A stretch of 64,000 nucleotides of DNA from Lama glama (taxonomy: Eukaryota): positions 13,456,001 to 13,520,000 of the forward strand of contig CM052816.1 in assembly GCA_028534125.1 (NCBI GenBank), written 5' to 3'. This document shows positions 14,023-27,359 of the stretch, one piece after another. Positions within the stretch are counted from its first letter, which is position 1. Each line of letters opens with the position of its first letter. A program made the position numbers and the translations under genes. The notes under the pieces are model-generated. The model saw only the letters and a program-made list of their open reading frames with translations, was not told the origin of the DNA and did not search any database.

Positions 14023-14495
14023 CTGGGAGATTGCCTGCAAAGACGGCAGCCCACGGTTCCTCCCCCGCCTCCACGAGCTGCTGCTCCTCCCATCCACACA
14101 TGGGGTCTACTTCCCACCCCTTCAGTCTGGCTGGACTTGTGACTTGCTTTGACCGACAGAATATAGCTGAAGTGACACTCTGTCTACTCTAGGCCCAGGC
14201 CTTAAGGGACCTTGCAGCTTCTATGTCTGCCCTTCTGAAAGTTGAGACTATAAAACGATGAGCGATCACAAGGAGAGAGCGAGGCCACGAGGAGGAGAAG
14301 CCTGGTGTCTCAGCCAACAGCTAGGACGGAGGTCCCAGGCAAGGAAGACCATCCTATTGCAGTCAAACCACCCCAGGTGATATTACACGGAACACATGTG
14401 AGCTCTCCCCAAATTCCTGACCCACAGAACTGTGAGCTGTTTTATGTCGCTAGGTTTGGAAATGATTTATTACGCAGTAATAGATAACTGAAACA
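14023..14495 (+). mobile_element. MLT1 (ERVL-MaLR) solo LTR
   Basis: ggacttgtgacttgctttgaccgacagaatatagctgaagtgac...caaattcctgacccacagaactgtgag...gcagtaatagataactgaaaca, the typical MLT1 3' end. Confidence 0.8.
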
Positions 14496-14656
14496 GACAA
14501 AACAGACATCTGATGGCTTCTCCTCTCTCTCTCTATGTCCATGAGTGGCTCCCATGCCCAGGTTTCTAAACTCTCTTCCAGCACTGTCTTCTACTTATTT
14601 CTGGGTCCCTCCCAATTATTTTCCAAGGCACAAAGTACACAACTTTCTTTAAAAAG

Positions 14657-14781
14657 TTATTTATTTATTTTTTTGAACTGGGGGAGGTACCTAGGTTTGT
14701 TTGTTTATTTTAATGGGGACACTGGGGATTGAACCCAGGATCTTAGGCATGCTAAGCAAGCATTCTACCACTGAGCTATAT
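14657..14781 (-). mobile_element. tRNA-Ala-derived SINE (Vic-1 type), reverse orientation
   Basis: Plus strand ...ggggacactggggattgaacccaggatcttaggcatgctaagcaagcattctaccactgagctata is the reverse complement of the same SINE head. T-rich tail lies to the left. Confidence 0.9.
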
Positions 14782-16254
14782 AATATTCTTAACAACATGA
14801 GAGAATATTACACCCCATAACTGTGGGGGAAATATATTTAAGACCCATATTAGGGTATATGCTATCAAACACTTCTTGTTACGGGGATGGGATGAAGCAA
14901 TGCTGTTGGAAAGCATTTCTCCAAGTGGGGTTTCAGGATTTTGTCCAACTTCTGGCACTAAAGTTAGAAAAGGAGCCCTTCGTGATGTGTATGTGTGCGT
15001 GTGTGTGCACGTGTTTCTAGAAAATTATAGCCATCCAAAGGGAATGCTTATTAAACACCTAAATACTGTTAAGATCTCCATATTGTGGATGTTAAAGGAA
15101 GATGACAGTATTTATCTGAGGACACCAACATGTCCTTGCTGATGGCTGAAGTTAGTTCTGTTGGCAGGAAACTCATCCAAAGCATTGTCTCCAGAAAGCC
15201 AAGGGCTCTCAGAGCATGGCTGCAGATGCTCCGGATTCCTGTGAAGTGAACATCACTGGGTACCAAAGGGGGCGAAGGCGGCATCTGCTCACTTTATACC
15301 AGACCTGAAGTGACATTTGAAAAGGAGTCAAGCTCCCTTATTCTAAGTTGTTTTTCACCAGAAAGGCAAACCTGATGAATAGTAAGAAACTATCTCCCCA
15401 GAATCATGTACATACACTGTGCTTGCATTATAACTCCAGCCCACCATGGACTCCAGATTAAAAGCCTCTCTCAAGGTGGTACCCTAGCTCCCCTAGGGCT
15501 GGAGACATCTACTCTGCTGCAGCCTTCATCCCAAGAATGTTTCCACTCACACTTCCACTGGCTCCCACAGGAATGTAGACCTCACCGTGATTCATCCCAC
15601 TCTCTGGCAGAGATGAATGAAAAAGAACATATAATGAAGCTCTGCAACAGACTTTCCATGTGTACCTCCCCAGATACACAGCAGAGAGTAACATAATTTA
15701 TAACCCACCAAACCAGATGCGTATTTTCACCAGTTCCTACCCATGGACTTGCAGCCCTGGCCACGCATTTCATATTTCATTTCTATTTCTATATTTTGTG
15801 CTCAAGGCAGGATGGCTGCTTGTTTACGCAAGTTTCAGTATTGTTATTAGCAGTCTCCAGTCTTTTTTCTATCATGCCGCTTTCCAATGTTTTCTGGCTT
15901 TGAAGGCCCAAGGACACCAAAAACAGTTACAGTTCAAAAACCATTAGACGCTGCCTGCTATAAACCTGCATATGCCCCTTAGGGACATGAAACATAATCC
16001 AACTTACTCCTTAGAAATTTATCTCAAATTTATTATTATTTTATTTAAGAAAAGATTATATTTAAAAGTATTACTTTGAGAGAGGGGCATATGTCACTTT
16101 TAGAGATGGAAACTAGGCTCCATTTTCAGAGAATTCTGTTGAGACTGCGAGAAACAGTGGTTTACAGATCTTGATGCTTACTTCGTGCTGGATTCTTGGC
16201 TAAATTCTTTACATAAATCACCTTATCTAATCCTCACAGCAAAGCACCAGAGGG

Positions 16255-16650
16255 CATGTGGCTCACTGGCTAGCTGGTCATCAAACTTGCTTCCCTTTGC
16301 TCAGTACAGTTAGGGTGATTTCCCAGCTTCCCTTGCAGTTAGATGTGGTCACGTGACTGGGTTCCGGCCAATGGAATGTGGAAGAAAATAAGGAAAGCTT
16401 CTTCCTCGCCTTGATCCATGCCATCTTACTCAATCTTCCATGCTCCCGCATTTCCCCCACCAACTGGCTGATGGCAGAGATCTGCAGAGCGGAAGGCAGA
16501 GCTACGAGGTGGAAGGAACCTGGGTTGCCGAATCACTGTGCAGGATCTCACTCCCAGAATAGCCACAGTAAACTGGTATGTGAGCAAGAGATAAACTTTT
16601 ATTGTCCTGAGTCACTTATGTTTTGGGGTTCTGTGTTATAGCCGTTACAC
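16255..16650 (+). mobile_element. MLT1J-like solo LTR
   Basis: tttcccagcttcccttgcagttagatgtggtcacgtgactgggttccggccaatggaatgtg...ggaaggaacctgggt...tgtgagcaagagataaactttt. Confidence 0.75.
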
Positions 16651-17032
16651 TGCACTGAAAGTACTTTTATGAACATGGAGAAATTAAGTCATCTGCCCAT
16701 GGTCACACTGCTAGTAAGAGGTGGCAGATATAAAGCCAACTGGTTTGTGTTTAGAAACCACATCATTAATTGCTATTTGATTACACTCCTTTTTCACAAG
16801 TCCATTTTTATCGTATATAACATAATCTTCTCCTATATCTGATTTACTATATTTGAGGGAAGTGGTTGGACAGTGGTCCAAAGTTTGGGATAGAGAGCAG
16901 ATAATTTCTTCAAATAAATCATTTGATTTCATATCTCTTTATTAATCATATAAGAAAAAGGCTATGTTGTTTACATGATTTTGCAGGCTACCTCTGTGAC
17001 TTTGTGAAAGTTTATATTCAGAGGTTCTTCAC

Positions 17033-17500
17033 TAGTTATTAATGCTCTGTAACAAACTACCCCCAAAACTTAGTGACTTAAAACATTTAGTGTCTCTCCC
17101 ACTTTCTGTGGGTCAGGAATTCAGAGGAGGCCTAGCTCAGTGGTCTCCTATGAGATGCACTCAATGAATCACTTCCAAACTGGCTCACTCACGTGGCCGC
17201 CAAGTTGGTCTGGTTGCTGGCAGGAAGCCTCCCTTCCTGTGCACTGGGCTGTGTCGGCCCTCCCAACATGGTGGCTTGCTTCCCCCAGAGGGAGCAAGTC
17301 CAGAAACTAAGGCAAATGCTACAAGGTCCTGAGACTAGTCTTCAAAGTCACACTCCGTTGCTTCTGCAATTTTCGGATTCCTACTGACCCCACTGGGATC
17401 AGGACTGGGATCCTTATTCACAGTTGGAGGGGAATGCACAGGGCAGTGAACACCGGGAAACAAGGGTCGCTGGGAGCCACTTCAGAGGCTAGCTACCACA
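17033..17500 (-). mobile_element. MLT1 solo LTR, reverse orientation
   Basis: gtaacaaactacccccaaaacttagtgacttaaaac...ttctgtgggtcaggaattca...gaggctagctaccaca. Confidence 0.8.
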
Positions 17501-17509
17501 AGAGCCCGT

Positions 17510-18010
17510 TCATTCATCCAGCACATTCGTACTGAGTGTGTACTGAGGGGCTTCTGCCTTTTTGTCCCCTGCTTTAGAACTGCTTGCAATTTTCAAGAGA
17601 GAGATCTAGGAAGGCGTCACCTAGGCCTGAAAGAGGTGAAGAGGTACGCCATGTAGCTGTATGGAGGAAGAGTGTCACAGGCCCTGGGAACAGCAACTGC
17701 AAAGACTGTGTGTTGTGTGCAAGGGACAGCGCGGCAGCCGCGGTGGCTGTAGGAGGGAACTCGAGGAGAGGGCGGTAGAAGACAGGATGAGGCAAGAGAT
17801 GGAGGGGAGAGCAGAGACCGTGGAGGGCACCCTAGGCGCCTGTGAGAGCTCTGACTTTCAGTCAGTGAAATGGGAAGCCACTGGACATTTCTTAGCAGAC
17901 AACTGATATGCTTTGCTCTAACATTCAGAAGGGCTCACTCTGGTGGCTGAGATCTAAAGAGACAGGCCAAGGGTAGGAGCAAGGGAACAAATGAGGAGGC
18001 TCTTGGAAAA
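17510..18010 (-). mobile_element. LINE-2 remnant
   Basis: ttcattcatccagcacattcgtactgag, gggaacagcaactgcaaagac, tgggaagccactggacatttcttagcag. Approximate. Confidence 0.6.
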
Positions 18011-18844
18011 ATCCAGACAACTTGTGTTGGAGTGCCATCCATGCAGGTGCTCAGTGGTCAGATTCTAGATTTGCTCTGCAGGTGATCTGGCACGATTAAT
18101 TCACCATTCGAGGTAAAGGCTTTATTTAGGAGGAAGCATTTTTCATTATATCCCGGCACTGTGGCTGTCAAATGGTACCCTAAGGGACCTTGCAGGCTCT
18201 GAGATGCTTCACAGGGATTTGCTACTAGGAACTGGGACACATGACACTTGATGTCCCCTGCATCATTTTCTAAGGGCAGTTGTGTTGATCTACTTCATTA
18301 TGTGGGGTGGGGGCTGTCTTCTTAAGACAGACCACAAATTCCAATGCCCTAAAGGAAAAGACAGACCACACACACACACACAGTATGAAACAATCCACCA
18401 TGTATGAAACTGGAAGAAAACTATAGATTAGGAAAAATATTTGCAACAGAAAGGAAAATAGCTTACTACTCCTAACATTAAAAAACTCAAACATTCATAA
18501 GAAGACAACCAAGTAAGAAAATGGGTAAAGAGGATTTTCAAAATGAGGCTCACAGGAGTACCTCCCTCACTGCATTGTTGTGAGGTTAAAATGACAACGT
18601 ACCTAAAGTGCTTAGCAGAGTTCCTGTCACAAGAGGAATGCTCAATAAATGCTGCCCAATGCCACCACCACCACAACCAAGATGCTTATCCCCATCACCA
18701 TCGCCACCACTATCAGCAACTCCGTTATCGTTGCCACAGGGTAAGAGCAGCCAGCGACATAACCGCTGGTCAACCCTGCACGCCAGTTCCAACCTAGCTT
18801 CCCCGAAGTCACTTCTCCACGCACAGTGACCAATGAGGTATTAC

Positions 18845-19004
18845 CTTCTCATGGTTTTCTATTAGGATCTCAATGACGATGTTCTGAAACTTGATATCCA
18901 TGATGGCTGCTACGGTTTCTTCCTGAGGACGCAGCAGGGTGGGTCCGAACACCACGCCAAGGTTTGCCACCGTCATCAGATTCTGCTTGTGGTTGTTAGC
19001 AACA
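18845..19004 (-). CDS. ARHGAP26: Internal coding exon of Rho GTPase-activating protein 26 (GRAF1), C-terminal part of the RhoGAP domain
   Basis: Minus strand reads TTCCTTCCTCCCAG|T GTT GCT AAC ... GAG AAG|GTAATA. Length 160 bp = 1 nt + 53 codons: [53 protein letters not shown]. Contains the RhoGAP N-x-M-x-x-x-N-L-x-x-V-F-G-P-T-L motif and is recognised as GRAF1. Confidence 0.97.
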
Positions 19005-21294
19005 CTGGGAGGAAGGAAAAGAAACGGCACAAATGAGGGAAATAGTGCAGAAGAGACAGTGGACTTCCTGTACCCTTCCACCTCCAGGCTCCTCACCTGG
19101 GAGGAGGCAAACCTGGGGCCATATTCCGACGCCCCTGGAGTCCACAGAGAGACTTTTCCACTCATCTTTTCATCTACCAAAGTTTCAGAACTCTCCAGTG
19201 CTCAGGCTCCTTTGCTGTTTTGGGATGTGACACTCTTTACCATTTCCATTTTGCCTAAAACAACCAACCAACCAACCAAAGTGGCCGCCTGCCGACATGT
19301 GAATGTCTGCGCTTCTGAATCCCTGTTCGGCAAATCCAGGTAACTGCTAATCCCTCTTAGTTACAGCTTTTATACTTGGCTGGTGCTGAAACCACTGTGA
19401 TCATTAGCATTTTCTCCAGTGCCAACAGAAAAACGCCTGACGGCTTTAATGCATTCGCAAACATAGGCCCAAAATAGACCTAATATTTTAAATGGGTAGA
19501 TCTCAGTCAGGAAACTCAGCACTTTTGGCTTGACGCAGCAAAGCCCCAGCACATCAGACACGTGCTTTACATTAAGCGAAACATGTGGCATAAACAGAAA
19601 TAAAAACACACTACTGTGTATCTATGTATATGGGTGTGTTTATATTGTCACTTACACTCAAAGTCTAAGGCACATTCAAGGTCAGCAGGACTGGGGTCTG
19701 AGTAAGCTGCTAAACACATCTGTGTATTTTTGGATAAACAACTCCTCAACACACATATCTGAAATCCACACCCGGGCCACCATGACCCAGCCTAAGACGG
19801 AATTGCTCATTTGCTGGCCCTGCATATAAAAATACACAAACTATCTATTGACAACAAATGGGTTAAAAAGTTAAGGCCATTCAGTATTGTTGCGAAAACA
19901 TTAGGGGCTTCCCTAAATCACCTGTTAGAAGAAGGAAACTATTCATTACTAGAAACTAGAGAGAAATTGGGCAGAGAAGGAGTTTGCTCAGACATACCTC
20001 TCTAACATTAGTGCTATTTATACTGAGCGTTTTTTTTTTTTCACACAATTCTATAAATGTTTGCACTGTTTCTCTTGGATACTTCTATTCTGGAGGCGGA
20101 AAAGAGGTTCTACTGCTTTAAGTGCTGGTTTTGAAACTGAGCCTTTACTGAAACACTACATCAATCAATTTTATCAGCAGATGTGTGTTTTTCCTTTAAG
20201 TCTCCAGGGCTAAAAGTCTAATTTCATAAGAACTCGTCTTCTGAAAGGGGTGCTTAGGTCAGTGATAACTGGAACGGCTCAGTCAGGAAGGGAGTTTTCT
20301 TTTTGATTGCTAAGCAACACCTGCAGCAAGGAGACTCTGCCACTGATGCGTTGGCTTGTTTCTGGTCCACATAAGAATCTTTTATAAACCTTTTTTTGAG
20401 TTGAAGCTGAATCTCCTGGTTTTAGTTATAGTTTGCCCTTCTACCCAGAACCCCATCAGGTTTCTAGTCTGCAAGCGTTCATGCAGATGGCCAAGGTCGT
20501 ACCTGGCGAGGGGGGAAAGACTGGTTCTGGGCCTCAGTCGATCAGCAAGTCTGCATATTTACAAGCTGCTTGTCACATCGCTACTTTCAACATGAGCTCC
20601 TTTGCGTGGAAAGCGGATTCCATGCTCTTATCCTTCCCCTCCCAAATGAGCCAAGTCAGTAGGCTTACTTACCCCCTTGTCACAAAAGTCCCTTGTGCGA
20701 ATGAATCAACAAGCTATTTATGCATGAAAGGACTTTTAAATTGTAGACCGATATAAAAATACAGGGTTTGGATGATGACTGCTTTTCACCATCACGCTTC
20801 TCAACACTACATCCGCCTAAAGCAACAGCCTCTTAACGAGGCTCCTTGACTAGAATCCCTGGGTTCGGCTGCATCCTGCCTGCCACCACCAGTGACCGTC
20901 TACAACTCAGCTCTGCTCAAGCTGTGGAAAACTCCAAGGGTCTCGCACCTCACTGGGTTGCTAGCTGAGAATGCAGAGACAGTGTACAAGCAGGGTTCAG
21001 CGATGCTTCCACCACTGGATTGTTCTGATAACGGTGATGATAAACCACTAGTGGTCCCCATTGTTTTTTTGTTGTTCGTTTGTTTTTCATTTTTCATTTT
21101 TATTACATAGAATTGTTACAATCTGACTGCACATGTACAATATATTGCATGTAAATACATATATACAATATACTGCGTATGTTCTTACAATTTACATATA
21201 TATACTATTCATTGTTTCTAAGAATGTTTAGAGTCTTAGCTTTTTAAACTCACATAGTTTTCAAAAGAATAAAGCCAACCACAAAATAAGAATT

Positions 21295-21463
21295 AATTTA
21301 AAAAGACACATACACCCCACTATTAACAGCAACATTCTTTACAATTGCCAAGATACGGAAGCATCCTAAGTGCACATCAATAGATGAATGGATAAAGAAG
21401 ATGCAGAATATATATGTAATGGAATACAACTCACCCATAAGAAGGGTATTTTGCCATTTGCAG
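21295..21463 (+). mobile_element. LINE-1 ORF2 3'-end fragment
   Basis: acaattgccaagatacggaagcatcctaagtgcacatcaatagatgaatggataaagaagatg...gccatttgcagc, homologous to the region near 58490-58655 of the long L1. Confidence 0.85.
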
Positions 21464-23789
21464 CCCTTCATTCACTTTTCTTTTTTTCACTTCAAAAACC
21501 AGAATTTTATAACTAGTATAAACATTTCTATTGCATCAAAAACAACAACCCATTATTTTTAATACCAAGTCCAAACGCTGATGAAAGATCATTCCTGTTT
21601 CCAACTCACTTCTAAGCCCTCTGCCACCTCCCAGCTCTGGGTCCCTGGGCAAAGGACTCAATGTTTAAGCTTTGGATTCCTCATCTTTAAAAAAAAATAA
21701 GGGTAAATTATACTTCTACTTCATGAGGTTGTTGTACAGATTAAATGTGATACCACATGGGAAATGTAGTGATGATGAGAATAATTCACTCCCCATCCTC
21801 TTTCCACTTTCATATCCATCTGCCGTTGTCATTCCTCTCCCCAGAACGTTCTCTTTCTCGTCTTTCTTTGCTTGGAAAACTGCTGATCTGCAAGGCACAG
21901 CTCAAATAGCTCCCTTCCTGTCTGAAGTCTTCTGTCTAGTCTGACCCCAATCCTCCACTCCTCAGCGAAGTCAGAGGGTTGGCCTGCCCCTGGATCTATT
22001 TTGTGTTACTACCATCTTGACTGCTGCCTTAGGACAGAGATCGTGCTCATTTTAGTCGGTAACACCAGTGCTCAACACAGGGCCCGGCCCAGGAGAAACA
22101 CAACTAAAGTTCAATGAGGTGTGAAAAGATCACGGGGGTTTCTGAGCAGACATAAAACAATTATTCTCACTCCAGCTACTTACTCGTAAAATCTCAAAGT
22201 ATTATTATTGATTTTGGGGGAACGTATCTCAACAATCCCAGCCTCCCTCTTCGAAGGCTGGAGCTGCGTTCCATTTCTTAGATTTAATTAATGAGTAATA
22301 ATTACTCTGATTTACAGGCCCCAATGACCAAAGGCATTTGGAAAAAAGGTCCGGTTAACTGTGGATAAGCATCTCTGAATATAAATCAGCTTGAGGCTAC
22401 CCACCATAATTCATTTCCTTTTTAATGACCCATTTTATTTTAGAACTTACAAAAACACATTGATCTAAGTCTTAGGAAACTTTTGGGGGAAAAAACGCTG
22501 CACCTTTCATGACTAACCACCATTATCTTTCAGCACACTGAAGTAACAAATTGATCTATCACTCGGTTATTACTGCTCACAACTTGGTACGGCTATGTTC
22601 ATTACTCTACGATGAATTATTAATGGCTGGAGATCGCTCTATATCCCAGAGAGAAAGGCACAGACCTCAGCCTCCACTGGCACCAGCCATCCATTATAGC
22701 TGATGAATATACCGAGGTGTGGGAGGCGGGCTGGCAGGGTGCGGGGGAGCCTGGTCCAGCCGAGGCCACGGGACTCATTCATTAGTGAGGTCTATAAAAC
22801 ATGGGGAGCCTGCTTTCTGGCTTGGTAATTGAGCTGCGTGAGCTCTTCCTCTCACAGCCCAGAATGGCATATTGAGTCCTGACTTAAAATCCACACACAA
22901 AGGTCTCTTGTGCACGACTGCACATCCCGCTGAGGGAGGTTCTGACCTGCCTCTCCCAGGTCCACGGGGACTCTTCCGTGGAGCCTCCTGAGAGAGCAGT
23001 CAGTTCCACAGGTTGCAGAGACACAGAGGCACGTGCGACTTTAACCTGGGGAAGGCCCGCTTCCTTTTGTGACTGTCAAGAGTCTGCCACCTCAGCTGAG
23101 AAGCAGGGCATCTCCTGAGGGAGATGCCGTCGCCTTCCGGGCAGCTTGCAGGGGATCTGCGCCCCATGCTCCCAGCATAGGGAAATGCAATTAATGAGAA
23201 AAGTGCATGTTCCAAGGAAAATGGTCTCTTGCCACCTTTGTTTCATGGGAAAACGGACGGGGACTCTGGATTGCTCTGACGGCCTTCGGGAGGCAGAAGA
23301 AGGTAAATCCCTTCCAGATGAGGATGGTGGTGGGGGAGCCCCATGAAGGGAGAAGACAGGAGACAACCCTGTGGGGGCCTGTAATGCAGAGACGTCCATG
23401 CTGTCCGAGGCATCACATCTGTTCTGGTGCTTATATGAGAGGCAGAGCTCTGGAAGCGCCGAGCAGGACTTTTCAACCACAGACTGGTCCTGACGGACTT
23501 CAGCAATACCTAAGCCTGTGGCTGGGTTACAAAGAGCTTTCACCTGAGCCCTGCAGTGCTGTGTCGAGGCCCCCCGGCCCGGACACAGCATGCTGACTGA
23601 TTACCACTATCTGAGATGGACGGGATGGGCGGAGAAACAGCAGGGCAACACTTAGTGGCCACCCTTTATTTGTCTGCTTCAGCTTCCAGTGTTCAGTAAA
23701 AACGGTAACTGGTAAGGTGTTTTCGGGTTTACAAGGAGCTCTGCAACCCTTTTTTATGTTTATGTGATCTTCATACAGTAAATCTAGAA

Positions 23790-24033
23790 CAGTAGCTCTC
23801 AAGCTTTCTGACAATGACCCATTGTAGGAAATGAATTTTCCCATGTAACATTTCACGAGGACCTACATACATATAAACACACACAGAGAGGCACATGCAC
23901 ATACATACATGCATGTCAGAAACAGTGTGATAAATTCTGGTCTTTGTGGTTCTATTCGATCCATTTTTTACATCTACTAAATCAGTTTCAAAATCCACTA
24001 ATGTGCCATGACTTAACAATTTTAAAAGCACTA
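23790..24033. mobile_element. hAT-Charlie-family MITE
   Basis: Ends cagtagctctcaagct... / ...tttaaaagcacta, each flanked by a TCTAG-containing 8-mer (atctagaa / ttctaggg), the Charlie target preference. Confidence 0.6.
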
Positions 24034-24139
24034 TTCTAGGGATATAGGGTACAAATATTATCTCCAATTTACAAACATGGGGGAAAAGGCTAAGAGAGAC
24101 AGTATAGAAACAAAGGGGAAAGGAGGGAAGGAAAAAAAC

Positions 24140-24334
24140 AGGAGTTTGGGATGAGCAGATACAAACTACTATATCCAAAAGAGATAAACAACGAGGTCCC
24201 CATAGCACAGGGAACTATATTCATTATCTTGTAATCACCTATAATGAAAAAGAATATGTATACATGTATGAGTAAATCACTATGTTATATATCAGAAACT
24301 AACACATTGTAAATCAACTATACTTCAATAAAAA
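24140..24334 (+). mobile_element. LINE-1 3' UTR fragment
   Basis: ggagtttgggatgagcagatacaaactactatat...agcacagggaactatattca...aacacattgtaaatcaactatacttcaataaaaa, homologous to the 3' end of the 30335-30848 element. Confidence 0.85.
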
Positions 24335-25359
24335 ATGACAAAAATTATAAAATACTTCAAACCTACAGAAAAACCCAAAATATGTTATTCTTTTCCATCA
24401 CTTCCCTATAAGCCCCTCCAGCATGACAGGCTGACAGGAAGCGACAGCAAACCCACCACACTCACTCCGCCCTCAAGGGCACCAGCTTGTCCGCCGGCCC
24501 GCCTGGCAAGTCCTCCCCTAACCATCCAAAGCCCATCTCCCTGCAGAGCCCGGCTCCAGACACTCCCCTGATGGAAGGCCACACAGAGCGCTCTCCTTTG
24601 AGTGATTATGGTTGCGGTCAGTCCCATGGGACACGTCTACATCGACTGCTCCCCTTCTCACGGGGGTCTCAGGACCGGGGGCCGCATCACGACCTTGCAG
24701 TGCGTTCTCTGCAGCACACAGGCAGGTCCCGGCTAGGCCCCAGGTTACTGATTCTGAAAGTGGCTGAGTGGCCCCGCACCTCAGCTGCAGTAAGTATCAC
24801 CTCTCTCCCTACTACCCTCTCGGAGGTAAAGAAACTCTAAGCCCTGGGGCCAGGAAAGATTCGCTGGAAACGAAGCTGCTAGAACTCTACGTTTTTTGTG
24901 GCTACCAGGGCAAGTTTGGTTTCCGGGGCTGTCAATGTGGTTCCTTCCAACAACTTCAAGTTCATCCTTAGTATCTAGTGGGGAGTGGTGGGGGGAATCC
25001 CCGCCACCACTGGCTGCGTGTTTTCTACTAAGTCAGGCTGTCTGTGTGTGTTGCCTGGATACCACCTGAACTTGGTGAGACGGGACCAGGCTGGATGGTG
25101 CTAAGCTGGGCCCTGCCAAGGAAACCCATGCGAGCCATAAATACAGCTTTTCTGGGCTGTCCCAATGGCTAGCACCAGAATGAGGGTTTAAAATAAGTTT
25201 TTCCATGTACTGACTGGGGTCATGCTCTCACCGACCATATTTAACATCTTTCTGGGAATGGCTATCCAGTGAGAAGCCAGATTTGAAGCTTTGAATAATT
25301 CAGGGAGTGCTTATGATGGATATTTTTACACAGTGTAACCGTCAAGGGAACGCCTTGAG

Positions 25360-25510
25360 ACACGCAGGTGAGACTATCACCACGATTTTACAGATGAGGA
25401 AACTGAAGCACTGAGAAGTTAGTTAACTTGCCTGAGGTCACACAGCTAACGAAGGCCAGAGCCAAGACGGGAACTCAGTGTGGCTGCAGATCCCATAATC
25501 TTCACCTCGC
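25360..25510 (-). mobile_element. MIR SINE
   Basis: MIR core: attttacagatgaggaaactgaagcactgagaagttagttaacttgcctgaggtcacacagct. Confidence 0.8.
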
Positions 25511-26339
25511 ACTCTGCTGCTCCCACACGACTAAGGGTTAGTTCAGCGAGACTAAAAGAGGCATCCTCTTCCCTCAGAAAACCCAACCAAAACTGACTAG
25601 ATGGCGTGGGAGTGGTTCCATGCTTGAGCATGTGGGGAAAAAAGTCGTGGTTATAATAAGAGAAACAAAAAAAAGTTGCTCCCTCATTCACCACCCAAAT
25701 TACTAAACTGGAAGAAGAAGAAGAAAAAAAAGCAAGACAGAGGAAGAAAAAGCAGGTATGCCTACGAGAGTGATATTGGACTAAAGACCTTTTCTACTCC
25801 CTTCCTGCAGGGAAAATGGCTTCACTCTTGACAGAAACATGAAAATGATGCAACACTCTTCAAATGTGACGGCATTCAGTTTGTAGTTGGCTGGCAGAGT
25901 CAGAGAGCTGCTTTCTAATAACGAAAGAATGAACACTAGAAGGTCAAGAGAGAAGAATGAATTGAAAGGAAGAAAGGAGGCGGGGCCAAATGGGTGGTTT
26001 CCAGAGCCCCTCACAGATAATTACGGCTGGACGTGCAGCACCCCTAGGCGGCACGGCTTCCACCCAAGGGTCTCAGAGCTCAGGGAGTCACTACTGATGT
26101 CTTCCCTGCTTCTGGCGAAATGTATAAAACTGTATTTCAGACAGGTAAACATCACTGCTATGAGTTAAGTACTGCCCAGTATTGTATACATCAACTTTAA
26201 CACACACTTAACAGAAGCCTCCTTGGTGCTGAAAATTCTTCAGAGAAAAGGAAAAAGGATTTGGGTGAAGGCAGCAAAGCCAAGGCACCTCTGTGCATAC
26301 AGCTTGCAGTCTAAAGTGGAGGATATTCTAAACTCTGAG

Positions 26340-26870
26340 TGTGTGACCAGCTCTATTTGCCCTCTGGTCTCCTCCAATCCAACACCACTACCTGCTTAAA
26401 ACCCATCAAAGGCTTCTGACTATTTTAAATCAAGCTGAAAACCGCTGGCATGGCCTTTAAGATCCCATATGATCCAGCTGAGCTCTCCAGACCCTTTTCC
26501 ACTGTGGCCCCCCAGCTCGCAGATTTCTGGGCTAAAAGTCTTCAGGCCTCGGTGCCTTTGTTCCCAATGCTGATCCCCTCTGCTGGGAAAGCTCTGTGGC
26601 CTCTCTCCATTCAGCTTTCTCCTAATTTATCCCTCTCACTTCCCGAAGAGGTCTTTCTGGACACCCCCTGCCAGGTCAGGTACCTCGTTACAACTCGAGT
26701 TCCTCAATTCTCTTGCTTAGCACTTAGTGAATTATGTCATCATTCATAAGATTGTCGCTGTCCATTTCCCCCACCTCCGAGACCCTCCAAGACACCCGGG
26801 AAGGCGTTATCCTCCCTCCCTGCCCCCCACCTCCAGGGCCTAGCACAGACTTTGCCCATATCAGGTGTTG
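26340..26870 (+). mobile_element. LINE-2 remnant
   Basis: cctgcttaaaacccatcaaaggcttc, gcatggcctttaagatcc, cctccagggcctagcacagac. Approximate. Confidence 0.55.
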
Positions 26871-27359
26871 GGGAAGGAAAAAGAACACGTGCATGCCTTC
26901 TTTGGGAGGCCAGCTTCCTCTGGGTTATCAAGGCTCGGCTGCACTAAAAGGCTGGCTTAAACTTTCATGTCATCTGCTGGTGTCTTAGCACCTTTGTCCA
27001 GTGGAGCCAGCGGACAGGGGAGTGGCCAGACACTGACAGCACACAGCAAACCGGGCAGGTCTCCCGGGCACACTGCTAATCGGGGAGGTACGAAGGCCAT
27101 ACAGTACTCACAGGGTGTAATATCATTCCTACATGAGTGATGTAATATGCATTATAAAATACAGCATAAGCTCACAATATTGTACCAACATGTTTCCAAT
27201 ACGCTTACACCTTCTATGACAGTGTCTCCTGTATCTTGAATTTCCTTTTCTTATCCCTTTCTGAAATCCCTTTACCTCCTGCCTGCTTTAGATTATTAAG
27301 ACTGTCATTAATAATAGCAGCGACCAAGCTCTCACTGTGAAGCAGGCAGTAAGCACTCC

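Larger units (their letters stand above)
4613..18844 (-). other. ARHGAP26: Complete GT-AG intron of ARHGAP26 (14,232 bp)
   Basis: Bounded by the GTAATA donor at 18844 and the TTTGCAG acceptor ending at 4613. Confidence 0.9.

Noticed and set aside
18640..18720. His-rich or Pro-rich ORF segments next to the RhoGAP exon
   Set aside because: They come from a degenerate CAC/CAT tract at the end of a MIR-like remnant and are not coding.
18809..19180. 123-aa single-exon ORF containing the RhoGAP motif
   Set aside because: Only 18845-19004 is exon. The N-terminal part translates the polypyrimidine tract and the C-terminal [11 protein letters not shown] is donor read-through.
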